Shown piece after piece: positions 10,371 to 21,300 of a stretch of 36,101 nucleotides of DNA (positions within the stretch are counted from its first letter, which is position 1; the number at the start of each line of letters is the position of its first letter). The translations under genes were made by a program, and so were the position numbers. The notes beneath the pieces were generated by a model. That model was given only the letters and a program-made list of their open reading frames with translations, had not been told where the DNA came from and did not search any database. The stretch comes from Phoronis australis. Its lineage: Eukaryota; Animalia; Phoronida. The stretch spans positions 427,455 to 463,555 of the forward strand of contig NMRA01000009.1 of the NCBI GenBank assembly GCA_002633005.1, given 5' to 3'.

Positions 10371-10728
10371 AAAAAAAAACAGTGCAGGTGGTCTGATGTC
10401 ATTTGCGGTGCATCAGACATGCGCAGGCCTCATGGTTGGGCCCATTGCACAAAACACTTGAGCAAAACCACGAGATCCCAATTGTGGCTCCTTTTGAAGA
10501 AAGTTTTCAAGTCTGCCAGTCTCCTTTAGGAAAACGGACAGACGTTTCCATTTGTTGCCATGCACTATATGTTGTAGGCATGTAACAGTGCCATCCAGTA
10601 GGTTGCTCCTTAGCCTATAAAAAGCTGGGCAAGACTCTACCAGGTGTTCAGGAGATTCTACGTCAGTACCACACTCAGGACACACAGGGCTCCCCATATG
10701 CCCAGTTATGTGTCTGTGTCGGGCTAGG
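10371..10728 (-). mobile_element. 5'-truncated non-LTR retrotransposon 3' fragment (R1/LOA/I-like CCHC C-terminus) between 70-bp direct repeats
   Basis: Minus strand NLARHRHITGHMGSPVCPECGTDVESPEHLVESCPA...FLKETGRL. Flanking direct repeats 10301-10370 and 10729-10798 (4 mismatches). Confidence 0.85.
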
Positions 10729-10781
10729 TTGATAGAGATGATCTCCCATGAAATGTGCTATACCTGACTGCTTTGTTACAG

Positions 10782-10860
10782 AAATACGGAGACATTTATC
10801 TGACACTAAAGATATTGAAGGTGCTACTGAGGCGGATTGGAATCTTGACCTGGGAATAAG
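10782..10860 (+). CDS. Internal exon C of same gene (phase 1 -> 2)
   Basis: ctttgttacag|AAATACGG...GGAATAAG|gtaatt; EIRRHLSDTKDIEGATEADWNLDLGI. Confidence 0.6.
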
Positions 10861-11252
10861 GTAATTGTAATCTAAACCAGCTCTTAAGGCTTTAAAAATA
10901 TACAGGTCGTCATTTGCAATGTGCTCGAAATCTTAAGTGAAATCAGTAGATGAAAAGCAGCTGGTTAAAGGACACAAAATTTCAGCCTTTTTTGTTTTAT
11001 TCCTGCAGCACAAACCAAATGTATTCAAAGAAAATGAGCTGGAATTCTGTGTCATATTGGCCTTCATAATATGGTGCCTTCCCATACATGTCTGAGAATG
11101 AAGGGGAATTTACAAGAGAGTCAGTATGGTGGATAAACCAGTCTGTAATTAGAATTGTGCGGCCTTGATGGTTAGTTAGTCAGTTTTGCTGTTAACAGAA
11201 TTAGCAGTCGTAACAGGGAAGCAGTATTTTGTCTCATTACTTTTGTCCTGAT

Positions 11253-11343
11253 TAAACCTGTCTGGCTGTGCTTGACACATCTAAACCTATTTGGCTGTGC
11301 TTGACACATCTAAACCTATTTGGCTGTGCTTGTCACATCTAAA
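11253..11343. repeat. 29-bp tandem repeat x3
   Basis: TAAACCTATTTGGCTGTGCTTGACACATC units. Confidence 0.95.
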
Positions 11344-11564
11344 TCACACTCACAGCAAAAAAAAGAGTGCAACAAGTTGGCGATCTCTGTCGAAAGGCTC
11401 TCAGTGATTCCTTTAATTTTTGCTGTGAGAACGGTTTATATATCTTTGCATTACTTTTGTCGTATTGTGTACCTGCCATGATTGTGTTATTGTGTACCTG
11501 CCATGATTGATTGGACTAACATGCTTGTAGATGCCGCTCCAGAGAAATTTTATGTGGGTTTTAA

Positions 11565-12854
11565 TTTTTATGCGCCCACATATTTATATGTGGACGCATT
11601 ATGCCGTCATCTCCGTCCATCCGTCCGGCGTCCGCTGATATATCTCCAAAACGCCTTGACGTATGTTTATGAAATTTTGCACATGTGTTTCTTCCGTGGA
11701 TGGGACGAAATGCGCGAACTTTCGGACGGATCCGACTACTGGTGTGCCCCCTAGTGGCAATTTTAGTTTTTTATGTTTATCTCTATATCTTCAAAAGTAC
11801 TGAACGGATTTTCATAAAATTTGGTATATAGGTGCCTATTAGTGAGATGACGCTGTCCTCCTGTTTTCGGATGGCTTTGACATAGTTTGCGCCACCTAGT
11901 GGCCATTTTTACTGTTTTCGAGTCTGTTTTTTGGCGTCCACTCGTCTATCAACCAAACTGCTTTCAGGATAATTGTGAAAATTTGCATGTATGATTTTGC
12001 TTTGAAGTGGACGGCTGACGTCGATTTTCCGACGACTTTGACTACTTTGGCGGCTCCTAGTGGCAGTTTTGTTTTTTTTGCGCTCATGGCTGTATGTATT
12101 AAATCGTTTGCAAGATCTTTACTTAATTTAGCAAGTGTATTTATATGATGTTATCAATGGATGACAACGACTTTCGGACGGATCTGACTAGTGGTGTGCC
12201 CCCTAGTGGCAACTTTAGTTTTTTACGTTTACCAGTCTGTATGTTCAAAGGTCATCAACAGATTTTCATAAAATTTTGAATATATGCATCTATTGGTGAG
12301 ATGATGCTATCATCCTGTTTTTGGATGAATCGAGGTATTTTACGCCACCTGGTGGCCATTTTTGCTGTTTTCAAATCTTGTTTTTGGCGTCCACCCCTCG
12401 ATCAACCAAATCATTCTAGGTATGGTTTTGAAAATTGGCATATATGTTTTCAGTGTGAAGAGGACGTTTGATGATGGCGACTGACTAATGTGGCGCCTCC
12501 TAGTGGTAGTTTTGTTTTGTTTTGCGCCCATAATTGTATCTCTAAAACCCACTGCAGGATCTTTATTAAATTTAGTAAGTGAATTTACATGAAGATAACA
12601 ACAGACAATGACTTTCAGGCAGATGGAACGGACGCTGTGCCCACAAGATGCAATTTCATTTTGTTCTGTTTTCCTTTGTTTCATCTAAAGTTCTTTGACA
12701 ATTTTTGTGAAATACGGCATGTTTCCATTTTTGATGGATTGTACGTTTTTGCGCCATCTAGTGGGCATTTTTATGATACAAATAAATAACCCCAAAAGCA
12801 CACCATTTGCGATGCATTCGTGGGTGCATTTCAACGCTCCACGTTGCTCTTGTT
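11565..12854 (+). mobile_element. Non-autonomous Helentron/HINE (DINE-1/pearl-like) element
   Basis: 5' TTTTTATGCGCCCACA subterminal IR with nearby inverted copy TGTGGACGCAT; (CCGT/CCAT) microsatellite; central ~150-bp diverged repeats; 3' GTGGGTGCAT...GCTCTTGTT end in T-rich target. Confidence 0.8.
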
Positions 12855-13344
12855 ATTTTTTGCTCTGATGGGTACTCTATATTCGAAAACAATCAACCCA
12901 TGTGGCCGTTTTCATTTCCAGTCACATGAGAATTCAGTTCTGTCGGGGCGTTTTTAGTATAGTGATATTCACATGAGTTGCCTCTGTTATTGTCTGTTAT
13001 GGACGGAAGTGTTGTAAACGTAGCTCGGCTCACGGGTTGGAATTCCCCAAGTTGATTAATGAGAGTTGCCCACAATCTCAGCTACGCCCTTTTTATGGAT
13101 TTGAAAACTTTCAAGTGTTTGGATGTTGATAGGTGCGTTAAGGGCAAACAAAAACCCATTAAAATGTGTGATATGTTAAGCGATGAGAAAATGTCAAGAT
13201 CCATTTATTATCTTGCATGTGAAGTGTGTGTTGTGATGAAAACTAGTCGTTGTTATGTGCTCATTGTCCTTGTTTCTCAATAGTTGACAATATGGGCTTG
13301 TGGTTAACTTGCGTTATAGACTCTATCTCTAAAATTGATTGCAG

Positions 13345-13521
13345 TAATGACTGCGATGGTGTATTGACCACTGTCCAGGAGCCTTATGTAGTGGCAGTTG
13401 TTCAGGACTGTGAAACAGTCGAAAAGAACACAAGTGGTGGTGTGAAAACTCTTCAAGAAATGGCCAAACGAGAACGTGATAGAATGCGTAAACAAGAACT
13501 GAGGAAAAATCCTTTTGTCAG
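13345..13521 (+). CDS. Internal exon D of same gene (phase 2 -> 2)
   Basis: gattgcag|TAATGAC...TTTGTCAG|gtaaaa; ends EMAKRERDRMRKQELRKNPFV. Acceptor chosen for phase; phase-1 alternatives exist at 13284 and 13320. Confidence 0.7.
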
Positions 13522-13956
13522 GTAAAAGGTTCTAGAAATTATTACTCGTAATATTCAGTCTTGTAAAGTTGATACCAAGGATGGCTATCACCAGTACTGA
13601 GCCAACAATATTTTATACCTGTGTATTCTCAATAGTAACATAACAAACCTGTCTGAAATTTATTACGTCTGAAATATTTTATACAAAAATTGCCAAGACA
13701 ATCATTCATATTTCCAAGGCTGACTCTAAACAATAAAAGTATCATTTTTTAATTGATGAGCATTGTATAGAACTGAACATTCTGAAAATTAAACCGGTTT
13801 TAATGTCTGATTCTATTTTGTTATTCAGTAGAAGAGTTGTTGTGCATGTATTTTCATGTCTTCAAAATCACAAATGTGCTGAAAATTAGCAAAATGTTAT
13901 GTGGAATTATTTTGTTCAGTTATTCGCCCATTCTCTCACTGTTGTTGTTCACTCAG

Positions 13957-14272
13957 GCAAAGAGAGCGTGATAAAGCTAGGAGCAGAATGAAGTTAAAAC
14001 GACAAGAGCCAGGTTATAGACAAGTGGAGCGTGAACGAGATAAAGTAAGAAGGAGGATAGCTCGTCTCACTAATCCTGAGAAACGTGCAGAGGAACGGCA
14101 GGCTGATAAGCAGCGTAAACGCGAGCAGCGTAAAGTGGCAGTGACAGTGAATGACATGTATTCTGTATTACCATTGACGTCAGAAAGCTGCACTTATGTA
14201 CTGGACATACCTCAGTCTACCTCATTTGCATCGTGTGACTCTTTAACAAATTCAGTCGCGGATGACACATGA
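13957..14272 (+). CDS. Terminal coding exon: Arg/Glu-rich 21-22-aa repeats (STPR-like) and Ser/Thr tail
   Basis: gttcactcag|GCAAAGA; the repeat register continues across the exon D/E junction (NPFV-R-QRERDK); stop TGA at 14270-14272. Confidence 0.78.
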
Positions 14273-14501
14273 ATTTGTAATAATTTACTTTAGAGTTGGA
14301 TGTCATGCATTGCTGTTGAGAATAGGTGTTATATTTCTAGGGTACTGCATAAAATGTAAATCATTTAGTGATTTGTTTTGTTGTTAGACTGTCAAGTACA
14401 AAGGGATATTTGGCTATGTTTAAAATCTTCACTCCAGGGTGGCTTGTGACCCCACTCAAAGCAACCAATCAGAATTTAAGAACTCTGGTGTCATTGGTTC
14501 T

Positions 14502-14677
14502 TACTAGTACTAGTACTAGTACTAGTGATCTTTCAAAATACTGATTACCAGCTACTGCTTATAGAAGACCTAACAGTCATATCTGACCTTACAAAACTTC
14601 TTATCTGTCATGATTAGACAATCAGTATTTGTAATGAAACAAAATAATGATAATAATAATGATAATAATAATAATAG
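14502..14677. repeat. Microsatellites (TACTAG)4 at 14502-14526 and (AAT/GAT)n at 14643-14677
   Basis: Direct reading. Confidence 0.9.
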
Positions 14678-15271
14678 CAATAAGGCTTTCAACAGCATAC
14701 CCTGGTAGGTCGTTTGTCCTGCATCTGGCCATTGGGATGATTTTAGGTTTTTTGTGACAGTGTAGACTTGCACTGACGTTACCAGTGCTGTTCATGTTGA
14801 GAAAGTTATCGTCTGGGCTTACTTTGCATGTGACTGATGTGTGTGTGTTATCTTTAAGAGATGTTAGAAATTGTGAAGAACGTTTGGTGAAAAGAAATTT
14901 TGTTATGTTTCTCTAAGTAGTCAATATGATAATATCATAAATAGTTGATATACATGGTATTTGAATTTTGATGAACTTGAACCAAAAACCAAGTAATTCT
15001 CTTACCTTCTTAATACGGTCATACATTGGAAATGAGGATTTTTGGTGCACACATAGGCGCAGTTGCTAACAGCGTTGTTTTCAACTGAACGTTTTTTGTT
15101 TTTATTTACTTCTTTTTAGTCAGTAAACTGAAAGCATGTAAACATTTATTGCAACAAATAACTGAAGAGACTTCACCCATATGCTGTTTAATATACTCCA
15201 AACTACATAGAGGAAGGAGCATGCATGTCAATCCTAGTGTAAGTTCAGCTCATACACATCGGTGCATAGGT

Positions 15272-15488
15272 CAAAATGTGACCATTGTAAATTGACTTTG
15301 GCCACAGGTCTAGTCATCTTACTTATTCCAAAATGTTTGGATCATCAATTGACTTTAGCCTCAGGTCTAGTCATGTTACAAATTTCCGAAATGTGTGCAT
15401 CATAAATTGACATGGGCCCCAGGTCTAGTCATCTTACATATTCCAAAATGTGTCCATCATGTATTGACTTTGGCCTCCGTCTGGTCAT
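15272..15488. repeat. Diverged ~58-bp tandem repeat, ~3.7 copies
   Basis: Recurrent TTGACTTTGGCC.CAGGTCTAGTCATCTTAC at 57-58-bp spacing. Confidence 0.9.
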
Positions 15489-15678
15489 CCAGCTTGGGCG
15501 CCAAAATTAGGCTCCAGATTATCCTGCTTAAAATTGTTCTTGTTGGCATTGTACATGTATTCTAGAAAGGTCTGAGTGCTGTTGATCACAAAGCTTATGG
15601 AGTCCAAGTTAGAGTCTTTAAGTTTGAAGTTTTGAGTTGGTGGGCCTTTCCTACGGATAACATAGCCCCCTCATGTAG

Positions 15679-15853
15679 TGAATCACATTACAGTGTACTG
15701 TCTCGTTGAATCACATTACAGTGTACTGTCTCGTTGAATCACATTACAGTGTACTGTCTCGTTGAATCACATTACAGTGTACGGTCTCCTTGAATCACAT
15801 TACAGTGTACTGTCTCCTTGAATCACATTACAGTGTACTGTCTCCTTGAATCA
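15679..15853. repeat. 28-bp minisatellite x6
   Basis: TGAATCACATTACAGTGTACTGTCTC(G/C)T units, no spacers. Confidence 0.97.
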
Positions 15854-17307
15854 ACAGTGAACGTTTCAAGACTGTTCTAAAATGTTCCTTGTAACTAAAG
15901 TTCATTGTTACCAAATAGAAATGTCTGCAATTGAGTTGGCTTGAGTCTTGGGGAATGGAGCGTGGTAGACAAGGGATCAAAATAGACCAGGCATGCGATA
16001 ACATGGTTTGGCTCTACTTTGTTTATTTTCATGCCCTCACATATTCATTTATGGATGTGCATACCATGATTGCAGTCATCTTTGTGATATCCAATTCGTG
16101 TTAGGGTCTTCATGAAATCTGATGTGTTAACCTTTTGAGTGTGAACATGACTATAAGGATGAGGATGTCTGGACAAATTTAGCTACTACTATGTCTCCCT
16201 TAAGCAATTTTATTTTTGGCTGTTTTACATCTGCTAAGTCCCCTAGATGTATCCGTATGCAAAATTTGTCAGACATGTTAGTATCAAGATGTCGCCTGAC
16301 GATTTGTGTATAGCTCCATCATCAAGGCACCCCTAGAGAAATTTTAGTCGTCTTGTGTCCGTTTTTAGTGTCTGCCTCTCTATCTGTCTGTCAAAATTTA
16401 AAGGATCATTATGAAATTGTAGGGATCTGTTCTTATTGTCGAGAGACAATGAGTGACATTGATTTTCAAACTAACCAGAATACTCAATGTTATGCCACCC
16501 GGTTAAGTTACCAAGTGAGATCGGCGTGAAATTTGGCAGACATGTTTGAGTGAGGAGAACATGGTTGCCTTGATCACTTGATTTAGTTTTATTTTTTGCA
16601 TGTGCCTCAATATCAACCAAGTTCTTTACATTCTGATTTTGACCCTAATGCAGATATGTGGGGTGGGAGTATGTTTGCATTCACAGTCCTGCCAATGCAG
16701 ACAAGCTGCATTATGTAAACATGGAAGAGATACATACCCCAACTATATTTTGACTAATTTTAGAATGTTGGGGTATTCTCAGCTTACTATCCTATGAAAT
16801 TTGAACCTGCCCAAGTGTTATCTGTCAATTAAACACTTGTGCATATTTTCCTTCTTGGAACTGGCCAGACAAGTGTCTAACAAGTCTGGTGGTGCTACAG
16901 TGAATCTGTAAAGGCTATGTACAACAAAAACGTCACACAAGCATTTTTATAGAAAGCTTTAAATTCTATATTTTTGGAAGAACATGGTGAAATGTATTGG
17001 TTTTAGAAAAATTTTAATTTATCATGTTTCATGACCATATTAAAATTGATGTGGATGAAAATTATATCAGTGTCAAGTATTTTTAATCAAGATGAATGGG
17101 AATGTTGATTGGAAAATCAACTTGCAATTTTGGAATAATAAGGTTTTAATTAAGTGCTGAAACTGCTGACCTAGTTTTGCTGGAAAGTTGTCCAACTGTA
17201 AGGACCAAGACATATTTACGCTGTTGAGGAAATTGAGCTATTTTTACCTTATGGCAATCATGGAATTGGTAGGTGTATTCCTGTTAACAAAAGCATGACT
17301 TGCACGA

Positions 17308-17551
17308 CCTTTTGAATGGCCCACGACTGGTGTGCCTGTTGAATGGTCCACGACGACTGGTGTGCCTTTTGAATGGTCCACGACCACTGGTGTGCCTTTT
17401 GAATGGCCCACGACCACTGGTGTGCCTTTTGAATGGCCCACGACTACTGGTGTGCCTTTTGAATGGTCCACGACTACTGGTGTGCCTTTTGAATGGCCCA
17501 CGAGTACTGGTGTGCCTTTTGAATGGCCCACCACTACTGGTGTGCCTTTTG
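17308..17551. repeat. 30-bp minisatellite x8
   Basis: CCTTTTGAATGGYCCACGACYACTGGTGTG units; first unit is 27 bp. Confidence 0.97.
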
Positions 17552-18266
17552 TGGAAATTTACCATCTGCTGTTGTTACTGCCTAGTCCCTCAGCAGAACT
17601 GCATGAATGAGCTTTTTATCTAAACGATTTGAAGTTTCTATTAAGGTGGTGAGTATGACTGGTATTGATTATTGGATGGATCCAACTATTGCAGCGCCCC
17701 ATAGTGGTAATAATTACTGGATGGACCAAACCATTGCAGCACCCCATTGTGGTTATCTCAGTATCTACCACGATTGTATTTGCCAATTTTCAAATTACTA
17801 GCACTGCATCTTGTAAACTTGATGTTCACCAGTGTCTTTCAATCAACTAGTGCGTGGATATGTTTAAAAATATGACCAGCCCATAAAAGCATGATGCATA
17901 TCAACATGTGTTTGTCTTGTTTATGGGAGTGAATGTGCTGGTGGATGGGGCATTGAAATTATACACTTCATCAAATGTTCGGATAATTTACTAAGTTTAG
18001 CTTAAACCAAAATTATCAAAACATCATTCCAAACGCACATAATATCTATTTATAGAACTTGTATTTACAAATGCAGTGAGACAAAATGTTAATTTTTTTA
18101 CAAAAAGCAAAAGGTACGCAATGCAGTACAACATTTTGAGAACTTTGATCCTCAAATGTTGAAAGAGGCCAGCAACACCTCTGACAGAACCATGTTGAGT
18201 TCATAAATTACGCTTGCATAACCTTATATTGTCCAGTCAAATACAGTTCACAGATCAGGGAATGGT

Positions 18267-18359
18267 TTACTTCTTGTGATCTGGAGTGCTTAGTCCATAT
18301 TTTGCCTTCATTTTGTCCAGCTCTTCTTGTTTCTTATCTGTGTCCAACTTCTTAAACGC
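18267..18359 (-). CDS. SF3B6: SF3B6 exon 4
   Basis: ttgcag|GCG TTT AAG...AAG AAG TAA; [30 protein letters not shown]. Confidence 0.95.
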   Translation of the reverse strand, partial: AFKKLDTDKKQEELDKMKAKYGLSTPDHKK

Positions 18360-21300
18360 CTGCAATTAAAGGATGTGTTAGTAGTTCATGACAACATCAA
18401 TGTTCATGAGACTTGTTAAACTAAGTTGGTGAAACATTTCGCAACTTCTAAAATGTGTTGGAATCTGGTGCCGCCTATTAGCTATCATGCGTAACTATTC
18501 TTTGCATAGTTCCCGCAAACTCTGTAAACTTGAAAAGGCAGCAACAGTTTAATGTAGGAATAACATTATACACTACATGGCCTAAATCAGCTGGCACATT
18601 TCACTTACAGCCTTGGGGAAGTCAGCTGGCACATTTCACTTACAGCCCTTGGGGAAGCCAGCTGGCACATTTCACTTACAGCCTTGAGGAAGCCATGATT
18701 GCAAATTAAAGTTATGTAGCAACTATCCACAAGTCAAATGTACACAAAAATATACATTTTTAACTCTGAAAAAGTATATAACGTTCTGAAAGCAGAATGC
18801 CGTCTGACGTTAACTTAGTCACGTGACCATGTCTTTTTTTAGTAAAAATTGGCAAAAAGAAAGGTACAATCATAACAATAACATGATAAAATTTGGTTTG
18901 ATACAAATGTTCAAGATAAAAATTAAAAATGATGATACAGTTTTCTAAATCATCACTTTGTTTTTATTTTGTGCAACTGTTTGAGTTTATTAAACAAGAG
19001 CAATGCGGAATGTTGAAAGCGCCCACGAAGGCACCGCAAATGGTGTGCACCACAGAAATGGCCACTAGATGGTGCAAAATAAGTCGAATCGATCCAAAAA
19101 CAGGAACTTGTCATCGCTTCTTTATTAAAAAGCTATTTACCAATATCATAAAAATCCGTCAAGGAATTTCAGAGAAACAGAGGAAAATGGAAAATAATGA
19201 AATTGCCACTAGGGGGCTATGGGCGCAAAAAACCACAACTGCCACTAGGAGGTGCCACAGTAATTGAAGTCATCGGAAAATCATTGTTAACTGCCCTTTT
19301 CAAACTAAGAACATATACGCCAATTTTCACAATTTGGTTGATAGAGGGGTAGATGCAAAAACCAGACTACAAAACGGTAAAAGTGACCACTAGATGACAA
19401 AATATGTCAAATGCATCCGAAAACAAGAACATGTCATCGTTTCAATAGATAACTATTTACTGAATTTCATAAAAATCCGTCAAGGAGTTCGAATTAGAGA
19501 AAAGAGGAAAATCAAAAAAATTAAATTGCTACTAGAGGGCACAGAATTTGTCGGAGTCGTCTGAAAGTCGTTGCTGTTCATTGTCAACTTCATATAAATA
19601 CATTGGCTAAATTTAATAAAGATCCTGCACAGAGTTTGGGAGATACATCTATGGGTGTAAATAAAACAAAACTGCCACATTGGAGGCGCCACAGTAATCA
19701 AGGTCGTTGGAAAATCATCGACAACCGTCCTCTTCACAGTAGGATCATACATGCTAATCTCCACAATCATCCTTTAAAGTGGTTTGGTTGACAGAGGGGC
19801 GGACCCAAAATCAGACTTGAAAACAATAAAAATCGCCACTAAGTGGCGCAAAATATCTTTAATCAATCCGAAAACGAATGGAAAGCACCATCTCACAAAT
19901 ACATGCCTATCTGCCAAATTTTATGAAAATCCATTGATGACCTTTGAAGATACGGAGGTACACCTAAAAAAATAAAATTGCCACTTGAGGGACACCAGTA
20001 GTCCAATGTGTCCGAAAGTCATCGTCAACTTCATATAAATACATTTTGTCAAATTTAATAAAGATCCTGTAGATAAAGCCACAGGCACAAAAACAAACAA
20101 AACTGCCACTAGGAGGCGCCACAGTATTCTAAGTCCGAAAATTATCATCGGCTGTCTTCTTCACAGTAGCAACACATATGACAATTTTCACAATCATCCT
20201 TAAAGTGGTTTGGTTGACAGAGGGAAATACGCCAAAAACAGACTCAAAAACAGTAAAAATGGCCACTAGGTGGTGCAAAATACCTCGAATCCATCCAAAA
20301 AACGGAAAGATAGCACCACCTCACTAACAGATGTCTAACTGCTAAATTTTATGAAAATCCATTGAGGACTTCCGAAGAGACAGGTGAACATAAAAAACTA
20401 AAATTGCCACTAGGGGCACACCTGTAGTCAGATAGATCCGAAATTAGTTGTCATTCATCAGCTTCAGAGGAACACATTTGCCAAATCTCATCAAGATCCC
20501 GTGAGGGGTTTAGGAGATACAGATGCGGACACCGGATGCCCAGACAGAGACGACGTCAAACTGGCACCCACATAATATGTTTGCATAGACCTTTGACCTC
20601 GGGGGTCATATGGCAAAAGGTATACATTTCTGTTAAGTTTGCAGAGTCTCAAGGACCAGGTGTTGGAATTAATACGCATTCTTTGTACAGAACTGCAACC
20701 TTTTTGAATAAGTGCTCTTTTGATATACCAATATTCTGCAAAAGCAACTGGCTGACAATTGGTCAAACCAGATCCAAACAGCTCCCATATTGAGAATGCT
20801 AAAAACTTTTAAAAATACTTTTGAAACCAAAACTGTACATTAAGCTTCCTCTTGACTCATCTTTACCATCATTTCATGCTCAGTTTCACTGTGGAATTCA
20901 TCCTCTCACAGTAGAAGCAGGACGCTTTATACATTTATCCTTGGATGACAGACTGTGTGAGATATGTCAATCAGGACAAGTTGATGATGATTTTCATTTT
21001 TTGTTTCATTGTTGTGATCCTTCTATTTTTACACTGTCATGTTAAAAGTCGTTGATATTTAAAGACAGTAAAAATTAAGTAAAACTGTATCAAGTATAAG
21101 AATGTCCATAATATATGAAATTGTACCCAATGTTTCAAACCTTGCACTTTCTCAAAGAGCATGACAGACTGCAAAACACAGTAAGTCAAGGTCGCACAAG
21201 CTATAAAAATGCATACAAAAGAACAATGGGTCATATAACCCATACGCTGAGGTCAAGAATGGAGCAGAGATGAGAAACAGAGTAAACCGAAGTGACTCGA

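Noticed and set aside
15679-15853. 28-38-bp repeat arrays resembling CRISPR (also 17308, 21427, 23398)
   Set aside because: Units are head-to-tail with no unique spacers, there are no cas genes, and the context is eukaryotic.
17244-17623. Four overlapping repetitive ORFs
   Set aside because: Artefact of a stop-poor 30-bp minisatellite; no supporting exon structure.
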